Positions 1-9,183 of a stretch of 64,000 bases of DNA are shown in pieces (the stretch's first letter is position 1; the number at the start of each line of letters is the position of its first letter). Origin of the DNA: an uncultured Alphaproteobacteria bacterium (GTDB taxonomy: Bacteria > Pseudomonadota > Alphaproteobacteria > Rhizobiales > Aestuariivirgaceae); NCBI GenBank assembly GCA_963758815.1, contig CAVWWQ010000010.1, positions 5,488 to 69,487 of the forward strand, written 5' to 3'. Both the position numbers and the translations under genes were made by a program. The notes beneath the pieces were generated by a model. That model had not been told where the DNA came from. It saw only the letters and a program-made list of their open reading frames with translations, and made no database searches.

Positions 1-72
1 ATCGCGCACACGCGTGACGCCACGCTGGCGCACTTGGCCCAGGATCAGCTGCCATCTTTCGCGTTCATGCAT
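1..72 (-). CDS. DeoR/GlpR family transcriptional regulator, N-terminal part (runs off the window edge)
   Basis: Not in the ORF track. Reverse complement from ATG at 72 reads MHERERWQLILGQVRQRGVTRVRD, a typical DeoR HTH N-terminus. Confidence 0.7.
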   Translation of the reverse strand, partial: MHERERWQLILGQVRQRGVTRVRD

Positions 73-354
73 GTGCGGATAAAGTGTTACTTTGTTGACC
101 TAGTCAATCCACTTTCGCTCATATTGCATCGCAAATCGTCATTGCGCTGCAAAAAATTGCTGAAAATGGTTTGATCTTGATCGCTTTTGGTGCAAACTTA
201 CGCATAACATTGCATGATGTGATGACCAACCCGCTCACAGAAGCGAAGTCCATCAGAGACTAAAGGCCTTCAAATCACTTCATAGGCCTTCATAATCCGG
301 CATTGCATCATGCCATTGGCCCCATTAGGCCTCTTGATGCTGGAGGAACGTGAG

Positions 355-1368
355 ATGCAAACGAAATTCGCTGGAAAGCGCAACAAGCGTGGCGACTGGC
401 GGCCGGAAAAGCCGCTGGAGCCGGTGCGTGTCTTCTGGCCTTTCGATCCCACCGGTGTCGCCAAGTGGTTTGCCGGCTATCCCAGCTATCTCTTCCCCTG
501 GGGTATCTTCTATATGGCGATCCCCATTTTCACCTGGCTCTACCTGACTCCTGCGCTCGAAACGATGCAGACCTTTGCGGTTGGCTGGATTGCCTTCATC
601 CTGGTGCGGAACCTGGTGATGATCCTCGCCTATGCCGGCATCTGGCATTACTGGCTCTATGTGAAACGCGCGCAAGGCACGGATTACAAATACACCGACA
701 AGTGGCTGGCGCGTGACAATCCGATTTTCATGTTTCGCAACCAGTTCCTCGACAATACATTCTGGACGGTGATCAGCGCCGTCCCGATCTGGACGGCGTG
801 GGAAGTGGTGACGTGGTGGCTCTTCGCCAACCACTACATCTACTATGTCGATGCCTCAGCCCATCCCATCTATTTCGTGGTCATGATGCTGCTCATCCCG
901 ATTGTCCGTGAAGTGCATTTCTACTGGATCCACCGGCTCATCCATTGGGGGCCGCTCTACAAGTGGGTGCATTATCTGCATCACAACAATGTCAATATCG
1001 GCCCCTTTGCCGGTCTTTCCATGCATCCCGTGGAACACCTGATCTATTTCTCGGGTGTGATCATGCACTGGATCATCCCGTCACATCCGATCCATGCCAT
1101 GTTTCACCTGCAACATGCGGCCTTCACACCCATTCAAAGCCATTCCGGCTTCAGCAAGGTGGTCATGCATGAAGGCGTGGAGGTGGATACCGGTGATTTC
1201 TTTCATTATCTCCATCACCGGCACTTCGAGTGCAACTATGGCGGTGACGGCCCGGTGATGCTCGACAAGGTGTTTGGCACCTTCCATGACGGCACGGATG
1301 CCGCAACCGAAGCAATGAATGAGCGCTTCTACGCCCGCGCGCAGCAAAAAGAGGATGCCCTGCGCTAG
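355..1368 (+). CDS. Sterol desaturase / fatty acid hydroxylase family membrane di-iron enzyme
   Basis: His boxes HRLIH, HYLHH, HYLHH plus hydrophobic segments and DKVFGT; GGAGG RBS before ATG 355. Confidence 0.85.
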   Translation: MQTKFAGKRNKRGDWRPEKPLEPVRVFWPFDPTGVAKWFAGYPSYLFPWGIFYMAIPIFTWLYLTPALETMQTFAVGWIAFILVRNLVMILAYAGIWHYWLYVKRAQGTDYKYTDKWLARDNPIFMFRNQFLDNTFWTVISAVPIWTAWEVVTWWLFANHYIYYVDASAHPIYFVVMMLLIPIVREVHFYWIHRLIHWGPLYKWVHYLHHNNVNIGPFAGLSMHPVEHLIYFSGVIMHWIIPSHPIHAMFHLQHAAFTPIQSHSGFSKVVMHEGVEVDTGDFFHYLHHRHFECNYGGDGPVMLDKVFGTFHDGTDAATEAMNERFYARAQQKEDALR

Positions 1369-2078
1369 GCCATTCTCGCTTGTGCTGCGAGCCAGGTGAC
1401 AGCCGCTTCCAGAAGCGGCTGTGCCTGTGCCGGATCAAATTTTCGCGGATCGGGACCGAACACGCCGTATACTGGGTGTTTGGGATTGTGGCGGCCTTCC
1501 TCCCAATCATCTTTGGTGAGCGGCACGTCCTTCACCGAAGGCAGCCGTTCGATATGCACCAGATCCGGATGCAGCGCATAAAGCAGCGTTGTTTCGAACA
1601 CGCCGGCATGATCGGGTGCGATGGAAAGTCCGGGAATTCTATTCACCGCCGTGGCAAAAACCGACATTCCCGCATCGCCATGTTTTGCAGCAAGCCTGTC
1701 AATCATGTCCAATTGCTCCGGCGGGAAATGACCTGAGAACAGCACAACCCTCTTGAAGCCAAACGAGTTGAGCCTGGTCAGCGTGAACCCAAGGATCGCC
1801 TCGATGTGACCGGGCTGCGGCAGCATGGCGGTGAAAGGATAATGCCCGTGACCACCGCCAGTGCCGTAATAAAGAGCGGGGAACACGACACCGCCCGTAC
1901 GTTCTGCTGCCGCCAGACACAGCCCATGCGCCGTCAAACTGTCGAGGCCGACCGGCAAATGCTCGCTGTGCCACTCGTAAGTTCCCATGGGCAAATAGGC
2001 GATGGGTGCATGAGCGATGGCCGCTCGCAGCTGGCTCGGTGACATCAGCTCAAATCGAAGATGGGCAAACCTGCTCAT
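1365..2078 (-). CDS. Creatininase/mycofactocin-peptidase family amidohydrolase
   Basis: Motifs EWHSEHLPVGLD and DHAGVFET; start overlaps the upstream stop (ATGA). Confidence 0.85.
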   Translation of the reverse strand: MSRFAHLRFELMSPSQLRAAIAHAPIAYLPMGTYEWHSEHLPVGLDSLTAHGLCLAAAERTGGVVFPALYYGTGGGHGHYPFTAMLPQPGHIEAILGFTLTRLNSFGFKRVVLFSGHFPPEQLDMIDRLAAKHGDAGMSVFATAVNRIPGLSIAPDHAGVFETTLLYALHPDLVHIERLPSVKDVPLTKDDWEEGRHNPKHPVYGVFGPDPRKFDPAQAQPLLEAAVTWLAAQARMA

Positions 2079-3049
2079 TGATAATAGTTCCTGATCCACA
2101 TGTGAGCGGGGAGTTGTCCAGCGAGTTCAGCGGGAAAAACCTTGCCATCGCTATAGGCGATATTCATGTCGACCTGCGCACGGTTCAGCATGCCGGGGAT
2201 CAAGGTGGAGAGCTGCGGTGCCGCAAGAACATAGCGCATCGCTGCCTCGGCCAAGGTGGGATAATAGGGCGCGCACAAGGTCTTGAGCTTTTCAACGCGC
2301 GCGAGTGTCTCGGCGAAGCGCTCACCCCGGAACATGCTGTGAGGCTGCGAGCCAGGCTCGAACCCCGCATAGCTATCCTTGGTCCAATGGCCGACCAATG
2401 ATCCGGAATCCAGCGGCACCCGGGCAATGAAGGCTGTGTTGGTGCGCGCGCCTTCATGAAAGAGATCCCCCGCCGGGCGCTGCTCAAACATATTGAAGAC
2501 CACCTGCTGGCTATCCACCAGGCCGGCCTTGGCAAGCTCCACACCTTCCCGTGGGCGGAAATCGCGCAGGCTGACACCGATACGGTCCACCTTGCCCTCA
2601 CGCCTGAGCTTGATCAGCGTTTCCAGCCAGTCAAGTTCGACCATCGCCGATGGCATGAAGGAATGGAGTTGAAAGAGGTCGATGCGCTCAACGCCGAGAC
2701 GCCTTAAAGACTTTTCGACGTTATCGCGCACATACCATTCCGGGAAGCGGCCACGCATTTGCGGGCTGTCATCCTGCGGAGACGGCCAGATGATCGGCCG
2801 CACCTTGGTGGCGACATAGATCTTGCCGCCCTTCCATTGCCTGAGCGCCTGGCCGACAACCTCTTCGCTATGGCCATTTCCGTAAAGCTCTGCGGTATCA
2901 ATGAAGTTGATGCCCTTGTCGAAGGCGTAAAGCAGCGTGGCGATGGAGGCCTTGTCGTCGACCTTGCCCCAGTCACCGCCAATCTGCCAGGCGCCAAAGC
3001 CGATTTCGCTGATCTGCCAGCCGGACCGGCCAAAATTCCGATATTTCAC
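2075..3049 (-). CDS. Aldo/keto reductase
   Basis: SEIGFGAW, FIDTAELYG, VATK, IDLFQLH motifs; GTG start inferred at 3049. Confidence 0.9.
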   Translation of the reverse strand: MKYRNFGRSGWQISEIGFGAWQIGGDWGKVDDKASIATLLYAFDKGINFIDTAELYGNGHSEEVVGQALRQWKGGKIYVATKVRPIIWPSPQDDSPQMRGRFPEWYVRDNVEKSLRRLGVERIDLFQLHSFMPSAMVELDWLETLIKLRREGKVDRIGVSLRDFRPREGVELAKAGLVDSQQVVFNMFEQRPAGDLFHEGARTNTAFIARVPLDSGSLVGHWTKDSYAGFEPGSQPHSMFRGERFAETLARVEKLKTLCAPYYPTLAEAAMRYVLAAPQLSTLIPGMLNRAQVDMNIAYSDGKVFPAELAGQLPAHMWIRNYYQ

Positions 3050-3136
3050 GTTTTTAACTCCAACAGCCTTGCATCTCTTAAACCAGGAGCGGCGCCACCA
3101 AAATTGTAAAAACAATAACTTATGGGATTTCGGGCT

Positions 3137-3161
3137 GGAACTGCCAAGTCTGCAAGGCGTT
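3137..3161 (+). promoter_or_regulatory. EcfG/SigT/RpoE2-type general stress promoter
   Basis: Exact GGAAC-N16-CGTT, 33 bp upstream of the ATG at 3195. Confidence 0.7.
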
Positions 3162-3194
3162 ATTTGAGTGGACATATAGGTTACAGGTCACGGC

Positions 3195-3689
3195 ATGACC
3201 CAAGTTACAGCAGACGAAGTGATTGTTTCTGATACCGGCACCGCAGTGCTCGTGCCGGAGCGCTCGCAAAGCGGAATTCCGTTTTATCTGTCAAGTTTCC
3301 TGTTCGCCACGCCCGTTGTGTGTTTCGCCGGCGGCCTGATTGCGGATCTCGCCTATGTGAATGACCCTGATATTGCCTGGTCGAATTTCTCCTCGTGGCT
3401 TCTGGCTTTTGGCGAATTCTTCATCGCACTGGTTATCTTCTTCGGAGCCATCGGCTTTCTGATCAACCTCAGAAAGACACGCAGCGCCTCAAACTGGCTC
3501 TATGCTGTTTTTGTGATCGCCGCTGCCGTGGCCGGGCTATTCGACAATTTCATTCACAGTCACGACGGCTGGACCTCGGTTTGGTCCACTGGCCTGATAC
3601 TTTCAGCAGTTACCGTCGCTTTTCTTCTTATCGCCATGCTGCTGAAGCTGGCAACGCTGTCCAAAACTTATGTGGTAGACGCAAGATGA
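3195..3689 (+). CDS. DUF2231-like membrane protein
   Basis: Four hydrophobic helices, WSNFSSWLL and FIHSHDGWTSV; overlaps the sorbosone dehydrogenase start. Confidence 0.75.
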   Translation: MTQVTADEVIVSDTGTAVLVPERSQSGIPFYLSSFLFATPVVCFAGGLIADLAYVNDPDIAWSNFSSWLLAFGEFFIALVIFFGAIGFLINLRKTRSASNWLYAVFVIAAAVAGLFDNFIHSHDGWTSVWSTGLILSAVTVAFLLIAMLLKLATLSKTYVVDAR

Positions 3690-4984
3690 TCACCCGCAGG
3701 CTCACCCTTTCTGTTGCATTCTTAGCCCTATTGGCTGCGGCGTCACTTGCCGCTGAAGTGCAGGTCTTTGACCGCGCCACGCAAATGGGCCCGAACCCTG
3801 TTTTGCCTGAACCGAATTCGTATTTGATCCCACCGATGCGGATCGCCAAGCCCGTTGGCTGGCAGAACGGCGAGACGCCGAAGGTGCCGGACGGCTTCAA
3901 GATCGAGGCGCTTGCGTCGGGACTGGCCCATCCACGGCAGCCTTATGTCCTCCCCAATGGCGATGTTCTGGTCGTGGAAGCCGATGGACCGGGGCTGGAA
4001 AAAGTGAAACGGCCAAAATCCTTAATCATGGCCTTGCTGATGGGTGCAGCCGGTGCCGAAGGAAAGACCGAAAATCGCATCAGCATCATCCATGACGGCA
4101 AGGCCTCGGTGTTTCTCGATGGCCTCTATTCTCCTTTTGGCGTGGTGCTGGTCGGCAATGATCTCTATGTCGCCAACACGGACGCCATCATGCGCTATCC
4201 GTACAAGGATGGTGACCTGAAGATCACTGAACCGGGGCAAAAATTCATCGATCTGCCCGGAGGCCCCATTGATCATCACTGGACCAAAAGCCTGACCGCG
4301 AGCGCTGATGGCAGCAAGCTCTATGTCGGCATCGGTTCCAACAGCAATGTGATGGAAAATGGCGAGCAGGCCGAACTGGACCGTGCACAGATTTGGGAAG
4401 TCGACCGCACGACAGGAGCGCACCGCCCCTATGCCACTGGCCTTCGCAATCCCAATGGGCTGAACTTCTATCCGGGCTCGCAAACTCTCTGGACCGTGGT
4501 CAACGAGCGTGACGAGCTTGGCCCAAATCTGGTGCCAGACTACATGACGTCAGTGAAAGATGGTGCGTTTTATGGCTGGCCCTACAGCTATTATGGCCAG
4601 CATCTCGATCCACGCGTCAATCCACAGAAGCCCGATCTTGTGGCCAGAGCCATTCCGCCCGATTTCGCGCTGAGTTCACATGTGGCGCCCCTGGGCCTGG
4701 CCTTCAATTCCGGCAACAGTTTTCCCGACAAGTATAAAGGCGGCGCCTTTGTCGGCGAACATGGCAGCTGGGACCGTGATGAATTCAATGGCTACCAGGT
4801 CGGTTTCATCGCCTTCAACGATGGCAAGCCGTCAGGCACGGTTGAGCCATTTGTGACCGGCTTTCTCAATGACAGGGAAGAAGCCCGTGGCCGGCCTGTC
4901 GGCGTTGCCTTCGACACGTCAGGTGCATTGATCATTGCTGATGATCTCGGAAATACCGTCTGGCGCGTGAGTGCAGACAGGTAG
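3686..4984 (+). CDS. L-sorbosone dehydrogenase family (PQQ beta-propeller) exported protein
   Basis: Signal peptide; GLRNPNG, VNERDELG, YGWPY, HGSWDR and GRPVGV motifs. Confidence 0.88.
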   Translation: MITRRLTLSVAFLALLAAASLAAEVQVFDRATQMGPNPVLPEPNSYLIPPMRIAKPVGWQNGETPKVPDGFKIEALASGLAHPRQPYVLPNGDVLVVEADGPGLEKVKRPKSLIMALLMGAAGAEGKTENRISIIHDGKASVFLDGLYSPFGVVLVGNDLYVANTDAIMRYPYKDGDLKITEPGQKFIDLPGGPIDHHWTKSLTASADGSKLYVGIGSNSNVMENGEQAELDRAQIWEVDRTTGAHRPYATGLRNPNGLNFYPGSQTLWTVVNERDELGPNLVPDYMTSVKDGAFYGWPYSYYGQHLDPRVNPQKPDLVARAIPPDFALSSHVAPLGLAFNSGNSFPDKYKGGAFVGEHGSWDRDEFNGYQVGFIAFNDGKPSGTVEPFVTGFLNDREEARGRPVGVAFDTSGALIIADDLGNTVWRVSADR

Positions 4985-5096
4985 CGAGGTCGCAAGGATT
5001 TGCACATACACACGAACCAAGGCGGAAGTGGCTTGAGTGCTTCACACATCCAGGCATGTGCGGTAGAGACAAGAAAAAGAAAGACAGAAGCCGCCA

Positions 5097-6122
5097 ATGC
5101 ATACTCCCAATCCGCACCGCTATGATGACATCCCATACCGTGCCTCAGGCACGTCCGGCCTGAAACTTCCGCCAATCTCACTTGGGCTTTGGCAGAACTT
5201 CGGTGGTGCGGATGTCTTCGAAACCGGGCGTGCTGTGATCCGCCGTGCTTTTGACCGCGGTGTCACGCATTTCGACCTCGCCAACAATTATGGCCCGCCC
5301 TATGGTTCGGCGGAAGAAAACTTCGGCAAGATCTTCGCCGCCGACTTCCGCGGCTACCGCGACGAGATGATCATTTCGACCAAGGCGGGCTGGGACATGT
5401 GGGCCGGACCTTACGGCATTGGCGGCTCGCGCAAGCATGTGCTGGCCTCGCTGGACCAGAGCCTGCAGCGCATGAAACTCAACTATGTCGATATCTTCTA
5501 CTCACACCGCCCGACGCCGGACGTGCCGCTTGAGGAAACCATGGGCGCATTGGCGCAAATCGTGCGCCAGGGCAAAGCGCTCTATGTCGGCATCTCATCC
5601 TACGGGCCAGAGCGCGCGCGGAAAGCCCACGAGCTTTTGAAGAAGGAAGGCATCCCCCTGGTTATTCACCAGCCATCCTATTCGATGTTCAACCGCTGGA
5701 TCGAGGAGCAACTTCTCGATACCTTGTCCGAGCTCGGCGTGGGGTGCATTGCATTTTCACCGCTGGCGCAAGGCCTGCTCACATCCAAATATCTGAACGG
5801 TGTCCCGCAAGACGCGCGCATTACCCATTCGGGCTCGTTCAAAAAGGAAATGATCAGCCCCGAGACCATCGCAAAGGTGCGCGGCCTGAATGACATTGCC
5901 AAGGCGCGCGGCCAGACCCTGGCGCAAATGGCGATCGCCTGGACGTTGCGCAGCCCGCGTGTGACATCGGCGCTGATCGGGGCACGCAATGTCGACCAGC
6001 TCAATGACTCGCTTGACGCCCTGAAGAATCTTTCGTTTTCGGAAACGGAACTCAAAAAGATTGATGTTCACGCGACCGAAAGCGGAATCGACCTGTGGCG
6101 TTCGCAGTCACAGGTCGCTTAA
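5097..6122 (+). CDS. Aldo/keto reductase, L-glyceraldehyde-3-phosphate reductase (YghZ/Gpr/MgrA) type
   Basis: SLGLWQNFG, HFDLANNYGPPYGSAEENFG, ISTKAG, IHQPSYSMFNRW. Confidence 0.9.
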   Translation: MHTPNPHRYDDIPYRASGTSGLKLPPISLGLWQNFGGADVFETGRAVIRRAFDRGVTHFDLANNYGPPYGSAEENFGKIFAADFRGYRDEMIISTKAGWDMWAGPYGIGGSRKHVLASLDQSLQRMKLNYVDIFYSHRPTPDVPLEETMGALAQIVRQGKALYVGISSYGPERARKAHELLKKEGIPLVIHQPSYSMFNRWIEEQLLDTLSELGVGCIAFSPLAQGLLTSKYLNGVPQDARITHSGSFKKEMISPETIAKVRGLNDIAKARGQTLAQMAIAWTLRSPRVTSALIGARNVDQLNDSLDALKNLSFSETELKKIDVHATESGIDLWRSQSQVA

Positions 6123-6129
6123 GTGCTCG

Positions 6130-6858
6130 TTACTGCGACAGCTTGGCCTCGGACACCAAGATGGGGTCATCGCGGTAGAGTTTGGGGAAGATCTTCTTCA
6201 GGTTCTTGACCTTGGGAATATCGTTGAAGGCGATATAGGGCTGGTTGGGGTGGAGCGTCAGGTAATCCTGATGATAGCCCTCGGCCGGATAGAAGGTCTT
6301 GCCCGGCTCGACCGTGGTGACAATCTTATCCTCAAACGTCTTGGCGTCATTGAGCTGCTTGATATAGGCCTTGGCCACATCCGCCTGCGCCTGGCTCATG
6401 GGGAAGATGGTGCCACGGTATTGCGTGCCTTCGTCCGGGCCTTGGAAGTTCAGCTCGGTCGGATCCGTCGCCACCGAGAAATAGATGTGCAGCAACTGAC
6501 CATAGGTGATCTTGCTTGGGTCGAAGGTGATCTGGACAGACTCGGCATGGCCGGTGCTGCCGGTGCCCACGGTTTCATACTCCGCCGTGTTCTTTTCACC
6601 GCCGGTGTAACCAGAGACGGCATTGAGCACGCCATCGACGTGCTGAAAAACGCCCTGCACGCCCCAGAAGCAGCCACCGGCCAAAACCGCCACCTCTGTC
6701 TTTGCCGTGCTGGCGGGTTCATCCTGTGCAGGTGCTGCAATCGCAATGCCCTCCTGGTGCGCGAAGGCGGCAGGGATATGAGAGAAGGACAGTCCCCCAA
6801 GAAGGCCGATCCCGAGCGCCAGCGAGAGCCCGTTCTTTCTGACAATTGAATTGATCAT
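6130..6858 (-). CDS. msrA: Peptide-methionine (S)-S-oxide reductase with signal peptide
   Basis: GGCFWG, GHAE, QGPDxGTQYR and FYPAExYHQDY motifs; N-terminal signal peptide ending AFA. Confidence 0.93.
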   Translation of the reverse strand: MINSIVRKNGLSLALGIGLLGGLSFSHIPAAFAHQEGIAIAAPAQDEPASTAKTEVAVLAGGCFWGVQGVFQHVDGVLNAVSGYTGGEKNTAEYETVGTGSTGHAESVQITFDPSKITYGQLLHIYFSVATDPTELNFQGPDEGTQYRGTIFPMSQAQADVAKAYIKQLNDAKTFEDKIVTTVEPGKTFYPAEGYHQDYLTLHPNQPYIAFNDIPKVKNLKKIFPKLYRDDPILVSEAKLSQ

Positions 6859-7050
6859 GCTGCTACTCCATTAGGCGGAAAATCCGGCCCTCATTGGCTC
6901 ATGCCAAACAGCGCCATTCCGATATCCGACAAACGTAAGAGATTAAATACGGATTTTCCATGCTCAATTGCACACCTCACCGCCTTTTGATGAGGTGGAA
7001 TGCAGGCTTCAAAATCGCGTGATCTGTGCTGGAATGATTTGCCTCATTCC

Positions 7051-7088
7051 AAAATAGAAAGGCCAGAGGATGGAGGAATCCTCTGGCC
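7051..7088 (-). terminator. Intrinsic terminator of the sugar ABC operon
   Basis: 11-bp stem GGCCAGAGGAT/ATCCTCTGGCC followed on the minus strand by TTTCTATTTT. Confidence 0.75.
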
Positions 7089-7100
7089 GTTCTTTCAATG

Positions 7101-8069
7101 TTAGTTGCCCATCATCTGCTTGGCGTTATCGGCCGTGATGGCCGTGGTGTCGACGGTTACCGTTGTCGGCACAGATTCAGCGCAGTCAATGAGGATCGAC
7201 TTTGCCATGTCGATGGCTTCCTTGGCGCCCGTTGGATACGTGAAAGTTGCCGACCAGTCACCCTTGGCGACAGCTTCGATACCACCTGCCGGGCCCGGCA
7301 GACCATCCGTACCAATGATCTTCACCGTCTTGCCTGCACCCTTGGCGGCGAGCAGTGCACCAGCCGCCATCATGTCATTGCTGGCATAGACCATCTTGAT
7401 GTCGGGATGGGCCTGCAGCATGGCGGCGAAGGCGGTCTGCGCCTTGTCAGGCAGCCAGTCAGCGGCCTGTTCGGCAACAATCTTGATCTTGTCATTGGCT
7501 TTGACGCCATCCTTGAAGCCGTTCAGGCGTTCAACGGCTGGCGTAGAGCTTGGCAAGCCTTCGAGAACTGCCACTTCACCGCCATCGGGCAGCAAGGTTT
7601 TGGCGGTGTAACCACCGGCTGCCTGGGCGATCTTGAAGTTGTCGCCACCGATGAAGGCGGTATAGTCCTTGCCCGGATCGCCATTGGTCTTGCGGTCAAG
7701 CTCGATCACAGGAATGCCCGCATCCATGGCGCGCTTCACAGCGGGAGTCAGCGGAGCGGCTTCAAATGGCGAGATCAGCAGCACATCGACCTTCTGGGTG
7801 ATGAAGTTATCGACCTGTGATGTCTGTGTGTTGGCATTGCCAGCACCGTCGGCAATCTGCAGCTCAAAATTCGGCACGCCCTTGGCAGCAGCCGTCAGTT
7901 CGTCATTGACGTGCTGGCGGTAGGGTTCGGCATTGTTGGCCTGCGAAAAGCCAATGACGAATTTTCCGTCTTTGGAACATTCCTTGACCAAGGGTGCAGC
8001 CATCGCGGATGTCGCCAGGGCGGCACAAGAGCCAGCCAGAAGCGCTGTTGTCAGAATACGGGTAATCAT
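7101..8069 (-). CDS. Sugar ABC transporter (CUT2) periplasmic binding protein
   Basis: Signal peptide; RbsB-like IGFSQ, GIPVIELDR, SNDMMA and IIGTDG. Confidence 0.92.
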   Translation of the reverse strand: MITRILTTALLAGSCAALATSAMAAPLVKECSKDGKFVIGFSQANNAEPYRQHVNDELTAAAKGVPNFELQIADGAGNANTQTSQVDNFITQKVDVLLISPFEAAPLTPAVKRAMDAGIPVIELDRKTNGDPGKDYTAFIGGDNFKIAQAAGGYTAKTLLPDGGEVAVLEGLPSSTPAVERLNGFKDGVKANDKIKIVAEQAADWLPDKAQTAFAAMLQAHPDIKMVYASNDMMAAGALLAAKGAGKTVKIIGTDGLPGPAGGIEAVAKGDWSATFTYPTGAKEAIDMAKSILIDCAESVPTTVTVDTTAITADNAKQMMGN

Positions 8070-8133
8070 TTTCGTCTCCTCTTGAATGAGGCCTTAAAAG
8101 CCTCTTGTTGTGGTTAGTGCGGTGTCGCCAAGG

Positions 8134-9183
8134 CTAACGGCTCAATCCCTCGCGGCGACGGACGAGAGACTGAAGGACGGCTGCCAGCACGATGATTGCC
8201 GCTGTCGCGAGCAATTGCATGGCAGGTGTGATGTTGTTGAGCTGAAGGATGTTGGCGAGTGCGCCCAGCATGATGGTACCTGCCACAGTGCCGACCATGG
8301 AACCCGAGCCACCGAACAGGCTGGTGCCGCCTATGACCACGGCAGCAATGGCGGTGAGTTCATAGCCGGTGCCGTCATTGGCGCTGCCAAAATTGAATTG
8401 GCCCGCATGCACGATGCCGGCGAGACCCGAGGCAAAGCCGGTCAATGCATAAACCGATATCTTGATGGCGGAAACCGGAATGCCAGAAATGCGCGCGGCG
8501 CGTTCATTGCCGCCGACTGCAAAAACATAACGCCCATAGCGGGTGGTATTGAGTACGAGTGTCGCCAATATGGCAAAGACGATGAAGACAATGGTGGCGA
8601 CCGGGACGGTGTTGTTAAACAGGCGCTGGCCAAGAACGGCAAAGACAGGCGGCGCCAAACCGGGGCCCTCGCCATAGGAAATATTGATGTACTGATTGCC
8701 TGACACGATCAGCGCCAGGCCACGCGCCGCCTGTAGTCCTGCCAAAGTGACAATGAAGGGTTCGAGCCGGAAGCGGCTGGAAATGGCACCCTGGATCAAG
8801 CCGAAGACCGTGCCCATGATGAGCACGGCGAGCACCGTGGAAATGAGTCCAAAACCGCCAGAGATCATCATCGTGGCGGTGACAACGCTGGACAGGCTGA
8901 GCACCGCACCCACCGAAAGGTCAATGCCAGCCGTGATGATGACGAAGGTCATCCCGATGGCGATGATGCCGGTTTCAGAAACGGCGCGAACAATATTGGC
9001 AATGTTGTCGGGCGCCAGAAAAAGAATGGCACCATGCCGCCGCGGTGAGAAGATGATGCCGCCGATCACCACCAGTACCAAGCCGATCAGGCTTTGGAAG
9101 CGCACAATGAGGGCAAGCGGATCACGATGCTTGATAGGGGCGGGCGCTGCGGTTGTGGTTTTCTTGGAATCCTCAGTCATCAA
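8134..9183 (-). CDS. Sugar ABC transporter permease (RbsC-like)
   Basis: GIDLSVG, PFIVTL, AVGGNERAARISGI, YELTAIAAVVIGGTSLFGG. Confidence 0.93.
   Translation of the reverse strand: MMTEDSKKTTTAAPAPIKHRDPLALIVRFQSLIGLVLVVIGGIIFSPRRHGAILFLAPDNIANIVRAVSETGIIAIGMTFVIITAGIDLSVGAVLSLSSVVTATMMISGGFGLISTVLAVLIMGTVFGLIQGAISSRFRLEPFIVTLAGLQAARGLALIVSGNQYINISYGEGPGLAPPVFAVLGQRLFNNTVPVATIVFIVFAILATLVLNTTRYGRYVFAVGGNERAARISGIPVSAIKISVYALTGFASGLAGIVHAGQFNFGSANDGTGYELTAIAAVVIGGTSLFGGSGSMVGTVAGTIMLGALANILQLNNITPAMQLLATAAIIVLAAVLQSLVRRREGLSR

Noticed and set aside
3395-3685. N-terminal extensions in the ORF track (also 17228..17578, 23340..23534, 44917..45048, 53253..53489)
   Set aside because: They overlap other genes, a tRNA or promoters; downstream starts match the family N-termini better.
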